From a virus (Duplodnaviria > Caudoviricetes), in the IMG/VR virus record IMGVR_UViG_3300050034_000334: DNA of 64,000 bases. One strand, given 5' to 3'. The notes beneath the pieces were generated by a model, which saw only the letters and a list, made by a program, of their open reading frames with translations, searched no databases and had not been told where the DNA came from. Positions 56,097-64,000 of this stretch are shown here, piece by piece (positions within the stretch are counted from its first letter, which is position 1; the number at the start of each line of letters is the position of its first letter). The translations under genes and the position numbers were made by a program.

Positions 56097-56280
56097 CATC
56101 CTGCAGAATGTTTTTCATAATTTTCATCATGTAGGATTATCTCTTCCAACGCTTTCGTTGGCGACCGCTCAGGTCTTCCCGCGCATCAGGTTTAGTCCTT
56201 GTGAGATTGCACCCTGATCGCACTTGGTAGACCGGCGCTGGTCGCCCAACGAGACTCTACGCAATAAGTTATGGAAACGG

Positions 56281-56532
56281 TTACAGAGCAGTATCCTTCG
56301 GAGGCTGAGGCTGCTCTTTGGGAGGCAAGCTAGCAGTCTTGAAGACCGGAGGAGGCAAGTTGGCAGTGAAGCTCTTGAAGTCTGCAATCAGCAAATTCAA
56401 GAACTTGTAGATGAAGACGTACCAACCGCTCGATGCCGTAGTTGGAACTGGCAGAGACTGAATCAAAGCTGAGGCAACCTGATTTACCACGTAGAAAATC
56501 AGAAGCCATTGGACAGGAATTGTTGTCGACAT
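56281..56532 (-). CDS. Small membrane protein (holin-like)
   Basis: Two hydrophobic segments, 'Q...ALIQSLP.PT..S..WY.F.YKF' pattern; the holin role is inference. Confidence 0.5.
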   Translation of the reverse strand: MSTTIPVQWLLIFYVVNQVASALIQSLPVPTTASSGWYVFIYKFLNLLIADFKSFTANLPPPVFKTASLPPKEQPQPPKDTAL

Positions 56533-56634
56533 AAGAACCCCCACTGGAGAGGGGTTGGAAATCAAAAAGAGGGTGTAAGAATCCTCCTCCACAGAGAATC
56601 CCTACACCCTAACCCGCAAAATACTTCAAGTTTC

Positions 56635-57564
56635 TTAGACCCGCTTCTCACCATGAGGCAGTTGCTTCAACGTCCACTTGGCGATCAGTTCGTCCATCAT
56701 CTCAATACTGGATTCGACCTGTCTCTGCTCGTAAGTGCACCTGGAAATTGCGCTGGTCCGGATGTGTTCGTACCGGGTTGTGCCACGAGCGTATTTGCGA
56801 AATTCGTTGTTGCCATTCACGCGAACGATTTCGGTCTGTTCGTCAGCAACCTGATTGTGAAGGTCCAGGATGCTCTGAATGAGCTCATCGCGCTTCCTGT
56901 TCAGAGTGATCTTGTAGGCTTCGCATCCTTCTGTACCCAGTTCGTACGGCAGGAATCCAACGCCAGGGCAGCTACCAACGCGGCAACCGTAGTAGTGGCC
57001 GGTGCCACCGGAGATCTCGAAACCGTGGTGAACCATCTTGCGGCTGGCGTTTGTCTTGTAAAGACCACCGCATACCGGGCAGGTGCCGGTGTTCGTGAGA
57101 TCGATCACGGTCGGATTGATTGCCGGCTTGCGACCCTTTTCGATGAAGGACTTGGTGGACTTCACCAGTTCGGCGAGCATCGCGGCTTCGGTCAGTGTGG
57201 CGATGTACTCAGCCAGTTCCGGAGCATTCTTGACAACCTTCATCCGTTTCAGGAATCCAGGTGTATTTGAGAAAGCCGCGATTCCCAGGTTGTGGCGGGG
57301 ATCGGTATCTGACCAGGTGCAGAAGAGCTCGCTGCCACCGCAGGGATAGTAGAAATCGCGGAGAGGGTCAGAAAGAACCTCTTCAACCTTGTCCCAGACG
57401 TTGGAGATGGTGGACTTGGCGTTCTCGTAATCAACATTCCAGATGTGCTTGTCAGCCAGCCCTGCCTCAAAGATCGCCTTTGCTTCAGCAAACTTCTGCA
57501 CGCTGAGATAGGTGGGAACCTTGCTGTTGAGGAGGATGTCCGTAATTTTTGGGGTGCTGATCAT
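56635..57564 (-). CDS. Hypothetical protein with Zn ribbon
   Basis: 'GTCPVCG...HHGF...SCPG'; GAGG SD and own promoter. Confidence 0.75.
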   Translation of the reverse strand: MISTPKITDILLNSKVPTYLSVQKFAEAKAIFEAGLADKHIWNVDYENAKSTISNVWDKVEEVLSDPLRDFYYPCGGSELFCTWSDTDPRHNLGIAAFSNTPGFLKRMKVVKNAPELAEYIATLTEAAMLAELVKSTKSFIEKGRKPAINPTVIDLTNTGTCPVCGGLYKTNASRKMVHHGFEISGGTGHYYGCRVGSCPGVGFLPYELGTEGCEAYKITLNRKRDELIQSILDLHNQVADEQTEIVRVNGNNEFRKYARGTTRYEHIRTSAISRCTYEQRQVESSIEMMDELIAKWTLKQLPHGEKRV

Positions 57565-57570
57565 ACCTCT

Positions 57571-57599
57571 CTCTACGGATATGAAAGGCGGATCGGTTA
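57571..57599 (-). promoter_or_regulatory. Phage promoter TAACCG-N17-GTAGAG
   Basis: Consensus match, 17-bp spacer. Confidence 0.75.
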
Positions 57600-57992
57600 G
57601 TGAGACGTGGCTCTTTTACTGTGCTGATGACGATTGGCAAAGAACAGTCCCAAAGCCTGGATCAACAAGCCCAAACCAGTAAAGTAGTTTCCAATTGTAG
57701 CTTGGTCCAGATGCTGAGTAATTTTTCCCGGAATAGGATCTGGAACCTCTTTCTTGACCTCTGGAGGAGCAACAGACTTCTCCTCCTCAAAGGGAGCAAG
57801 AGACTTGTTGTGTGACTTGAAAACTGGATGGGGTGCTTGGGCTGCAGGGGCAACGATCTTCGCCTTCGCCTTCTGCTCTTCCTGCTTCAAAGCAGTGACA
57901 GCCTTGTGCTCCACGACTGACTTGTAGATACCGAATCCGCAGATTCCAAAAGCCAAGACCGTGCAGGCAATTGCAAGAGTGAGTTTAGACAT
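57597..57992 (-). CDS. Membrane protein (N- and C-terminal TM helices)
   Basis: Two hydrophobic helices around a Pro/Lys/Glu linker. Confidence 0.65.
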   Translation of the reverse strand: MSKLTLAIACTVLAFGICGFGIYKSVVEHKAVTALKQEEQKAKAKIVAPAAQAPHPVFKSHNKSLAPFEEEKSVAPPEVKKEVPDPIPGKITQHLDQATIGNYFTGLGLLIQALGLFFANRHQHSKRATSH

Positions 57993-58016
57993 CGTATCTC
58001 TCCTTGTACTAGAGAT

Positions 58017-58307
58017 TCAAAGTCTGGGTTGGTGGTGAAGATACTGCTTGACCTTCTCACTCTTCTCCAACACTCGTCTATCCACGTCATCATGAGAGAT
58101 GTCTTCAGCCTGATACAACAGTGTCACATCCCCGATTTCTCGAACTAGCTGCTCTCGATTCGTACCTCGCACCTGACCTGTTGGATCCCAGCTTTCATAG
58201 CCATGGCGAATGATCTTTCCGATTACTTGCTGAGCCTCTCCCATCTCTTCAGACAGGAGAGCTAGACGTTCAAGTTCAGCCGGTTCGAGTTCGTTGGAAA
58301 ATTCCAT
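58017..58307 (-). CDS. MazG-like nucleotide pyrophosphohydrolase
   Basis: 'LSEEMGEAQQVIGKIIRHG...LVREIGDV' EExxE/ExxD pattern. Confidence 0.75.
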   Translation of the reverse strand: MEFSNELEPAELERLALLSEEMGEAQQVIGKIIRHGYESWDPTGQVRGTNREQLVREIGDVTLLYQAEDISHDDVDRRVLEKSEKVKQYLHHQPRL

Positions 58308-58315
58308 AGTGACCT

Positions 58316-61300
58316 CTAACTGCATCCAGTTGTTTGTCCACAATCGTTGCACTTTTCACAGGTTCCGGATCTCACCATGTGCATAGATCCGCAAGCACCA
58401 CAGGAGTTCCCAGTGAAACCACTGCGCTTGGCTTCACTGGCCTCTGATACGGTTGGCAAACGTGTTTCTTTGTCTACTAACAGCCCCAATGATTTCACCT
58501 TTTCCTTGTCCTCAGGTTTGATGTGGGCAAGGTCATAGCGATCCAGATAGGTGATTGCCAACTCACGGAAGACATAATCCATCAGAGAAGTGGCATTCTT
58601 GACATAGCTGGAACCCTGAACAAATCCAGAAGGTTCAAACTTGGTGAAAGTGAACGCATCCACAAACTCCTCGAGCGGAACGCCGTACTGCAATCCCAGA
58701 CTGATGGCGATAGCAAAGCAGTTGAGGAGAGAACGCAAGGTTGCTCCCTCGCGACTGACATCGATGAAGACCTCTCCCAACCTGCCATCCTCGTACTCCC
58801 CGGTGTGCAGATAGAGGGAATGATCGCCAATTTTGGCCTTCTGTACAAATCCATGGCGACGGTATGGTAGACGCTTGCGAAATCCTCGAGCTAATGCTTC
58901 TGCCAAGACAGCAGCTTTTGTGTCGTTGTTGGCACCGCTGGTGAGCACTTCAACTTCCTTCTCATCCAGGCCCTCCAGCAGCTGCATGTTTGTGGCTAGA
59001 GCCTGTGACATCTTGGATCCGTCACGATACAGAGCCACTGCTTTGATGCCAAGTTCCCACGCCAACAGATGAATGTCATTGAAGTCTTGTTGAGTAGAGT
59101 TGGCCGGGAGATTTACAGTCTTGCTGATAGCTCCTGAAATGAAGGGTTGAACAGCTGCCATCATCTCCACATGAGCACGTGGAGAGATGAAACGAGTACC
59201 ATTTTCACCACACTTGTTGGCACAATCGAACACGGCCAAGTGAGCATTCTTCAAGGCCGGTGCCCCTTCGATGGTCTTCTCGTTCTCGATGTGCTTGAGG
59301 ATCTCAACCACTTGTTCGTCCGTGTACCCCAAGTTCTTCAAGGCCGGAGGGACAGACTGATTGACTATCTTGAAGTATCCTCCACCGGCCAACTTCTTGA
59401 ACTTCACCAGAGCATAGTCAGGTTCCGCTCCCGTCGTGTCGCAATCCATCACCAACCCGATGGTCCCTGTCGGAGCCAAGCAGGTGCTCTGGGCATTCCT
59501 CAACCCGAATTCCTCAACCTGAGACACTACCTTGTCCCAGATGTCACGAGCCTGAGTGACCAGCTTTCTTGGTCCACGATAGAGAAGTTTCAGACCCACA
59601 GGAGTAGTTGAAAGCCCATCGTATCCAAGCTCTCCATTGTAAGCAGCCGAACGATGGTTCCGCATCACTTTCAAGACAACCTCTCGATTTTCATCATAGC
59701 CAGGAAACACTCCCAACTTCTGAGCCAAATCTGAGGATGTCAGGTACGATTCACCTGTCATGATGGCAGTGATGGCCGCAGCCCAGTTTCGGCCGGTCTC
59801 ACTGTCATAAGGAAAGCCCAGCTGCATGAGCATGGCGCCAAGGTTCGCGTATCCCAAGCCCAGGGTGCGGAACTTGTATGACAACTCAGCAATCGAGGGT
59901 CCTGGGAACTGAGCCATCGTTACAGAAATCTCTAGAGCGATGGTTGTCAAACGGCAGCAATGGCGGAAGGCCTCGACGTTGAACTCTCCGTCTTCCAGGA
60001 ACTTCACGAGATTTGAGGAAGCCAGATTGCAGGCAGTGTCATCCAGGAACATGTACTCGCTGTTGTGTATAAACACACCAGAAAAGTTGTCGTGACCATT
60101 CACACAAGACGGTTTTGACGAAGTGAAAACAGCAAAGTTGTGGGTATTGTCTACCGTACCATCGTAGACGTCTTCATTACCACAGAACTCTACCGAAACA
60201 ACCGTATGGTTGAAGTTGACCACGGCCTCTTGTAGTAACTCATCAGTGGGGTACCAACGAACAATAGTGTCTTTTGTGGGAAATTTCTTCACTCCAAGTT
60301 GCTTTGCTACATCTCGTAGTTCTTCCCAATTTTCTAGAGAAAAAGAAACTCCATTATCTTGAAAAGTTCGAGCAACCTCAGCAATCATACCCTCGATTAA
60401 ACGCTTCGAGTGACGTTCTCCAAACATTTGTTTACCAAGTGGAGATCTCTGACATTCAGTACCACAGCAAATCTGATCCTCCAAAATGGTGATGAAATTA
60501 CCACGGCATATAGGGCAGCAACGCTCAAATCGTTCAGCAGTTACTGTACGACCAATATGCCTACCCTCTGATCGCATTTTTGTTTGTGTTTCTCTTATAG
60601 ATCTACTCAACTGTTCGTGTTGTTGGTGGTCTTCCCATCTAGAAACTGCAGAATTACTCATATTCTGTTTGGAAACTTCACTGTGCTGTTTTCCAAACAT
60701 AGGGTTAAGTTCACCAGTGATTGATTTTGAAATGTTGGCACGCCATTCATCATTCATTAAACGACGGGCTGGATTATTGTCACCAAGCATTGATTCCCGA
60801 TGCAAAGCTGCATGATCCTTCGCAGACAATAGCTTGAAATTTTGTGGGTTATCATTCAGAGCATCAAAATCAGAGTGATGAATGTGATAACCTTCCGGTG
60901 CTTGACCAAAAAAGAAATCGTTAATTAAACGATACTGCTGAGCCCAACGAGTACCTCCCCACACATTTCTACGACGCGTGGCTCCTTTTCCATTTTGGAT
61001 TATGGAAGAGTGAAAAGGCATAAGAGAATCACCAGGTTGTAGGTCTATAACCTTTCGGTATGAACCATCCCGCAGCATCATAAGTTCGTCGTCAGTAACA
61101 CGTAGGCTACTTCCATCGTCAAACGTAACGCAGAAAATGGGAGCATTAGTTCTTTTAACTCCAATATTCCACATCAATTCTATTGAAGTCTTTTGCGTCC
61201 TGTGATTCCTGGTAAACACAGGCACTTCTGTTCCTACCAAATCTCTAATAGGAACCGCTGTACGACCATCTGCTACAGCCACCAAAGTCTCCCCAGTAAC

Positions 61301-62710
61301 ACAGCACGGATTGCTGGCATTGATTCTTCCGGAATTCAGACAAGTGTGCCAGTCATTGATGGTCGTGTCGAACTGGATCCCAGGATCTGCACAAAGGAAA
61401 GAAGCCCGGTTGATCTGATCAAACAACTTCTTGGCCTTAAGAGTCTTGGCCACTTCCCCGGTGGTGCGGAAGGTCAGATTCCAGTCCCTGTCCTTTTTGA
61501 CGGCATGCATGAATTCATCTGTGACACGAATTGTGTTGTTGGCATTCATGCCTGAGACTGTCTGGTATGCCTCTCCCTCCCAGTTCAGATCGTACAGAGG
61601 AAGATCGTCAGTGAAGTCAGATTCAGACAAACGAGTCAGACACTGCCCTAGAAATGCTCCAGGCACTCCCATTTTTCTGGCATGGCTGATGACTTTGGCA
61701 AGCTCCTTGTTCTCTTTCGGATTTGCCTTCAAAGCCAAATCTTTGGAAGTGAAGGTGTTGTAAGCCTCCAGCATCTCTCCCCAGATGGTGCGAAGGAGTT
61801 GACTGCCAGCAGCCATTGCAACAACCTTGCGCTCTTCATTCACCTTCCAGTTGATGAAGGCCTCTACATCGGGATGGTCCACATTGAGAACAACCATCTT
61901 GGCTGCTCTGCGGGTGGTTCCTCCAGACTTCACTCCTCCGGCTCCGACGTCTCCCACCTTCAACCAAGACATGAGACCTGAGCTCTTTCCGCCGCCGCTC
62001 AAAGGTTCTCCATATCCACGCAGGGCAGAGAAGTTGGATCCTGTTCCGGAGCCATACTTGAACAAGCGAGCCTCGCGATGGAACAGGTCGAAGATTCCTC
62101 CAGGATTGACGAGGTCGTCTTTCACTCCCTGAATGAAGCAGGCATGAGGCTGAGGACGCTTGTACGCAGAATCGCTCACGGTCAACTCTTTGGTGCCGTC
62201 GTCGACATAGTAGTGACCCTGTGGATCTCCCTCAATTCCGTATGCCCAGTACAAGCCGGTATTGAACCACTGAGGGGAATTGGGAGCAACGTACTGCATC
62301 ACCACCATGTAGAGCATCTCGTCGTAGTAGGCTTGGGCGTCTTTCTCTGAAGAGAAGTATCCGTATTCCTCTCCCCACCCAGTCCAGCAACCTACGATTC
62401 TATGAGCAGTCTGTCTCACATCAGTTTCGTAAGTGATCCCATCCGGATGGTCCAGCTTGGAGGCCCACTCGGTGGAGTACTTGCTGTTGTAAAGGGAGTT
62501 GGGGTGGTTGTGATTCACTCCTTGCCGGCGGAAATACTTCTGGGCAAGGATATCCAAGGCAGTCTGAGACCAGGATTCTGGCACGATGACATTGTCGTTC
62601 TCAAAAACCACAGAATTGTCTGGTCTAACGATGTTGGAGCATCTCCGTATGAAGCTGATGCCCTCTAAAGGCGACTGTCCGGCCTTGGTGAAAATTCGCT
62701 TTACCTTCAT
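58316..62710 (-). CDS. nrdJ: Class II (B12-dependent) ribonucleotide reductase, intein-containing
   Basis: 'PNSPQWFN', 'HACFI', 'SGTGSN', 'KSGGTTRRAA', 'ASNPC|SEY', 'ACNLAS', 'APTGTI', TSCPD-like C-terminus with a Cys cluster. Confidence 0.95.
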   Translation of the reverse strand: MKVKRIFTKAGQSPLEGISFIRRCSNIVRPDNSVVFENDNVIVPESWSQTALDILAQKYFRRQGVNHNHPNSLYNSKYSTEWASKLDHPDGITYETDVRQTAHRIVGCWTGWGEEYGYFSSEKDAQAYYDEMLYMVVMQYVAPNSPQWFNTGLYWAYGIEGDPQGHYYVDDGTKELTVSDSAYKRPQPHACFIQGVKDDLVNPGGIFDLFHREARLFKYGSGTGSNFSALRGYGEPLSGGGKSSGLMSWLKVGDVGAGGVKSGGTTRRAAKMVVLNVDHPDVEAFINWKVNEERKVVAMAAGSQLLRTIWGEMLEAYNTFTSKDLALKANPKENKELAKVISHARKMGVPGAFLGQCLTRLSESDFTDDLPLYDLNWEGEAYQTVSGMNANNTIRVTDEFMHAVKKDRDWNLTFRTTGEVAKTLKAKKLFDQINRASFLCADPGIQFDTTINDWHTCLNSGRINASNPCCVTGETLVAVADGRTAVPIRDLVGTEVPVFTRNHRTQKTSIELMWNIGVKRTNAPIFCVTFDDGSSLRVTDDELMMLRDGSYRKVIDLQPGDSLMPFHSSIIQNGKGATRRRNVWGGTRWAQQYRLINDFFFGQAPEGYHIHHSDFDALNDNPQNFKLLSAKDHAALHRESMLGDNNPARRLMNDEWRANISKSITGELNPMFGKQHSEVSKQNMSNSAVSRWEDHQQHEQLSRSIRETQTKMRSEGRHIGRTVTAERFERCCPICRGNFITILEDQICCGTECQRSPLGKQMFGERHSKRLIEGMIAEVARTFQDNGVSFSLENWEELRDVAKQLGVKKFPTKDTIVRWYPTDELLQEAVVNFNHTVVSVEFCGNEDVYDGTVDNTHNFAVFTSSKPSCVNGHDNFSGVFIHNSEYMFLDDTACNLASSNLVKFLEDGEFNVEAFRHCCRLTTIALEISVTMAQFPGPSIAELSYKFRTLGLGYANLGAMLMQLGFPYDSETGRNWAAAITAIMTGESYLTSSDLAQKLGVFPGYDENREVVLKVMRNHRSAAYNGELGYDGLSTTPVGLKLLYRGPRKLVTQARDIWDKVVSQVEEFGLRNAQSTCLAPTGTIGLVMDCDTTGAEPDYALVKFKKLAGGGYFKIVNQSVPPALKNLGYTDEQVVEILKHIENEKTIEGAPALKNAHLAVFDCANKCGENGTRFISPRAHVEMMAAVQPFISGAISKTVNLPANSTQQDFNDIHLLAWELGIKAVALYRDGSKMSQALATNMQLLEGLDEKEVEVLTSGANNDTKAAVLAEALARGFRKRLPYRRHGFVQKAKIGDHSLYLHTGEYEDGRLGEVFIDVSREGATLRSLLNCFAIAISLGLQYGVPLEEFVDAFTFTKFEPSGFVQGSSYVKNATSLMDYVFRELAITYLDRYDLAHIKPEDKEKVKSLGLLVDKETRLPTVSEASEAKRSGFTGNSCGACGSMHMVRSGTCEKCNDCGQTTGCS
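60062..61303 (-). mobile_element. Intein (414 aa) with HNH homing endonuclease, inserted at NPC^SE
   Basis: Begins 'CVTGETLV', ends 'VYDGTVDNTHNF...VFIHN' with +1 Ser; internal 'HIHHSDFDALNDNPQNF...H...H'; AT-rich. Confidence 0.93.
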
Positions 62711-62895
62711 GCTATTGTGTCCTTGGGTATGGGGGATTTCGAGGGTCAGAAATCGTACGTGATGATTCAATACTCAGCCTATGAAAGATTGGTTACAAGT
62801 TACCGATTACCAAGGTGGTTACTCACTCGGGTGCGTATTTCTTCATGCGGCGAAAGCATCGCCAAACGCTGGTCTCACTGGTAGGATGGATAAGT

Positions 62896-64000
62896 ATGTC
62901 AACTCCACGAAAGCAGTACATTGCTATCAAGAACTGGGATAGGTACCAGTGTGACAGCAAAGGACAAGTCAGAAATACTCCCAGCCCTTGGATTAAGGAT
63001 TGGTGTAATAAGGAAGACGACTATGAATACACACAATTGAATAGTTCTAGAAGGTACACATACGATGCTCTACGGAGATTGCGCGGAAGGTATGGGAAAA
63101 ATCCAACTCACGATCTTGAGTACCTTCGCAATCAGTTGTCACTGAAGAAGGGAGATCGTGAAAATCTAGGTCCAACCATCAAGAAACTATGGGAACTCCG
63201 ACTTGTGGTAATTGTGTTTTCTGAAATCGGAGATGACTTGCTTGCTGATGATATCGTGCCGGAAGAAGATATCGATTTTGAACAGAAGAGCCCATCGTTA
63301 GCCCACGGTGCGCCCATCGTTAGCCCATCGTTAGCCCACGGTGCGCCCATCGTTAGCCCATCGTTAGCCCACGGTGCGCCCACAACCCTCGATGTAACTT
63401 CCATAGAACTGCTACCCATTTCCGAGAAGAGAGAAGAGAAAGAAGAAGAAGAAGAGGAAGAGGAAGAGGAAGAGTCTCCACCTCCTCCAGATGATGATTT
63501 GATACCTGGTGAAAGCAGGGAGAACCCTGCACCCCTCTTGTCGTCTTCGTCGAGTTCTTCTCCGGTTGCGTTTGGCGTCGGGCCTTGTCCTCCGGACTTC
63601 GATTTTGGCGCGTACAAGATCCCTATGGATTCCCGCAATTTGCCTCATCCTAGTTTCTGGAATCCTCTTCCGGCTGATTGGAAAGACGGATACCGCGTTT
63701 GGAAGAAGGGGAAGGATGACGAAGCCGAGAAAGCCAGATTCAAGTCAAGGCCTCCAGCTAAGGCTGAAGGCAAGAAAACTTCCGAGTATCAAGCAACTCA
63801 GGGAGTTTTTGATCCTGCTACATACGCCAAGAAGATCGGCAAGTACTCTGCGGAGTTTGTTCACGACCTCTGCAAATGGGAGTGGGATCTTAACGAGGAC
63901 CATGATCACTACTGGTGCTGGATTGTAACTGAAGAGGATCTCATCAAGCAGTTTGACAAGATCATCAAGCACAAGCAGGAGCAAGAGAAGAAGTCTCAAT
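62896..64000 (+). CDS. Putative phage replication initiator (lambda O-like organisation), 3'-truncated by the window
   Basis: Hand translation from ATG 62896 (alternative 62845), open to the window end: 'MSTPRKQYIAIKNWDRYQ...PWIKDW'. The 'IKNW..yQ...PWIK' motif is typical of phage initiators. The minus-strand ORFs in the track are its shadows. Confidence 0.6.
   Translation, partial: MSTPRKQYIAIKNWDRYQCDSKGQVRNTPSPWIKDWCNKEDDYEYTQLNSSRRYTYDALRRLRGRYGKNPTHDLEYLRNQLSLKKGDRENLGPTIKKLWELRLVVIVFSEIGDDLLADDIVPEEDIDFEQKSPSLAHGAPIVSPSLAHGAPIVSPSLAHGAPTTLDVTSIELLPISEKREEKEEEEEEEEEEESPPPPDDDLIPGESRENPAPLLSSSSSSSPVAFGVGPCPPDFDFGAYKIPMDSRNLPHPSFWNPLPADWKDGYRVWKKGKDDEAEKARFKSRPPAKAEGKKTSEYQATQGVFDPATYAKKIGKYSAEFVHDLCKWEWDLNEDHDHYWCWIVTEEDLIKQFDKIIKHKQEQEKKSQ
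63289..63387 (+). repeat. Nine tandem 11-bp units (33-bp higher-order repeat), iteron-like
   Basis: AGCCCATCGTT / AGCCCACGGTG / CGCCCATCGTT repeated three times; the last unit is degenerate. Confidence 0.9.
63424..63474 (+). repeat. 51-nt pure polypurine tract
   Basis: GAGAAGAGAG...GAGGAAGAG, 36 nt after the 11-bp repeats; encodes a Glu-rich run. Confidence 0.85.

Noticed and set aside
62770-62830. NrdR box or B12 riboswitch upstream of nrdJ
   Set aside because: Short GTTAC/TTACC repeats are present, but I could not match either consensus and the leader is short.
63132-63999. Minus-strand ORFs 63132-63638, 63412-63648 and 63745-63999, and + ORF 63509-63928
   Set aside because: Antisense or off-frame shadows of the + strand gene from 62896, which the track misses because it has no stop in the window.
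1-64000. Stop-codon reassignment (alternative genetic code)
   Set aside because: Long conserved genes (nrdJ, recA, dnaB, tail genes) are intact in the standard code, and TAA, TAG and TGA all serve as stops.

Overview
This is a 64-kb internal fragment of a large (probably jumbo) contractile-tailed phage genome. Nearly all genes lie on the minus strand until about 62.8 kb. Left to right it holds: a baseplate/tail-appendage module (baseplate J-like, gp25-like, a PA14-like protein, a 1606-aa Ig-repeat protein); a circularly permuted two-piece tmRNA gene; a GC-richer, temperate-phage-like island (GH108 endolysin, HNH, truncated PAPS reductase); a Pro/Phe tRNA cluster; peptide deformylase and an orphan response regulator; a replication/recombination block (SbcD, half-length SbcC, dCMP deaminase, RecA, RuvC-like, DEDDh exonuclease, SSB, HU, DnaB, DinG-like); a second tRNA cluster that reads only GNN codons; an envelope module with an L,D-transpeptidase; an intein-containing class II ribonucleotide reductase; and a 3'-truncated replication-initiator-like gene with internal 11-bp iterons. 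About ten free-standing endonuclease genes are scattered through the window. A promoter consensus T(A/T)(A/C)CCG-N17-GTA(G/T) occurs at 11 sites. The most unusual signal is a set of circularly permuted stable-RNA genes: a clear permuted tmRNA, a candidate permuted tRNA-Asp, and a small permuted Ala-acceptor RNA sharing the tmRNA junction sequence. An Acidobacteria host is a guess from protein resemblance only. All calls were made by eye, with no database searches.
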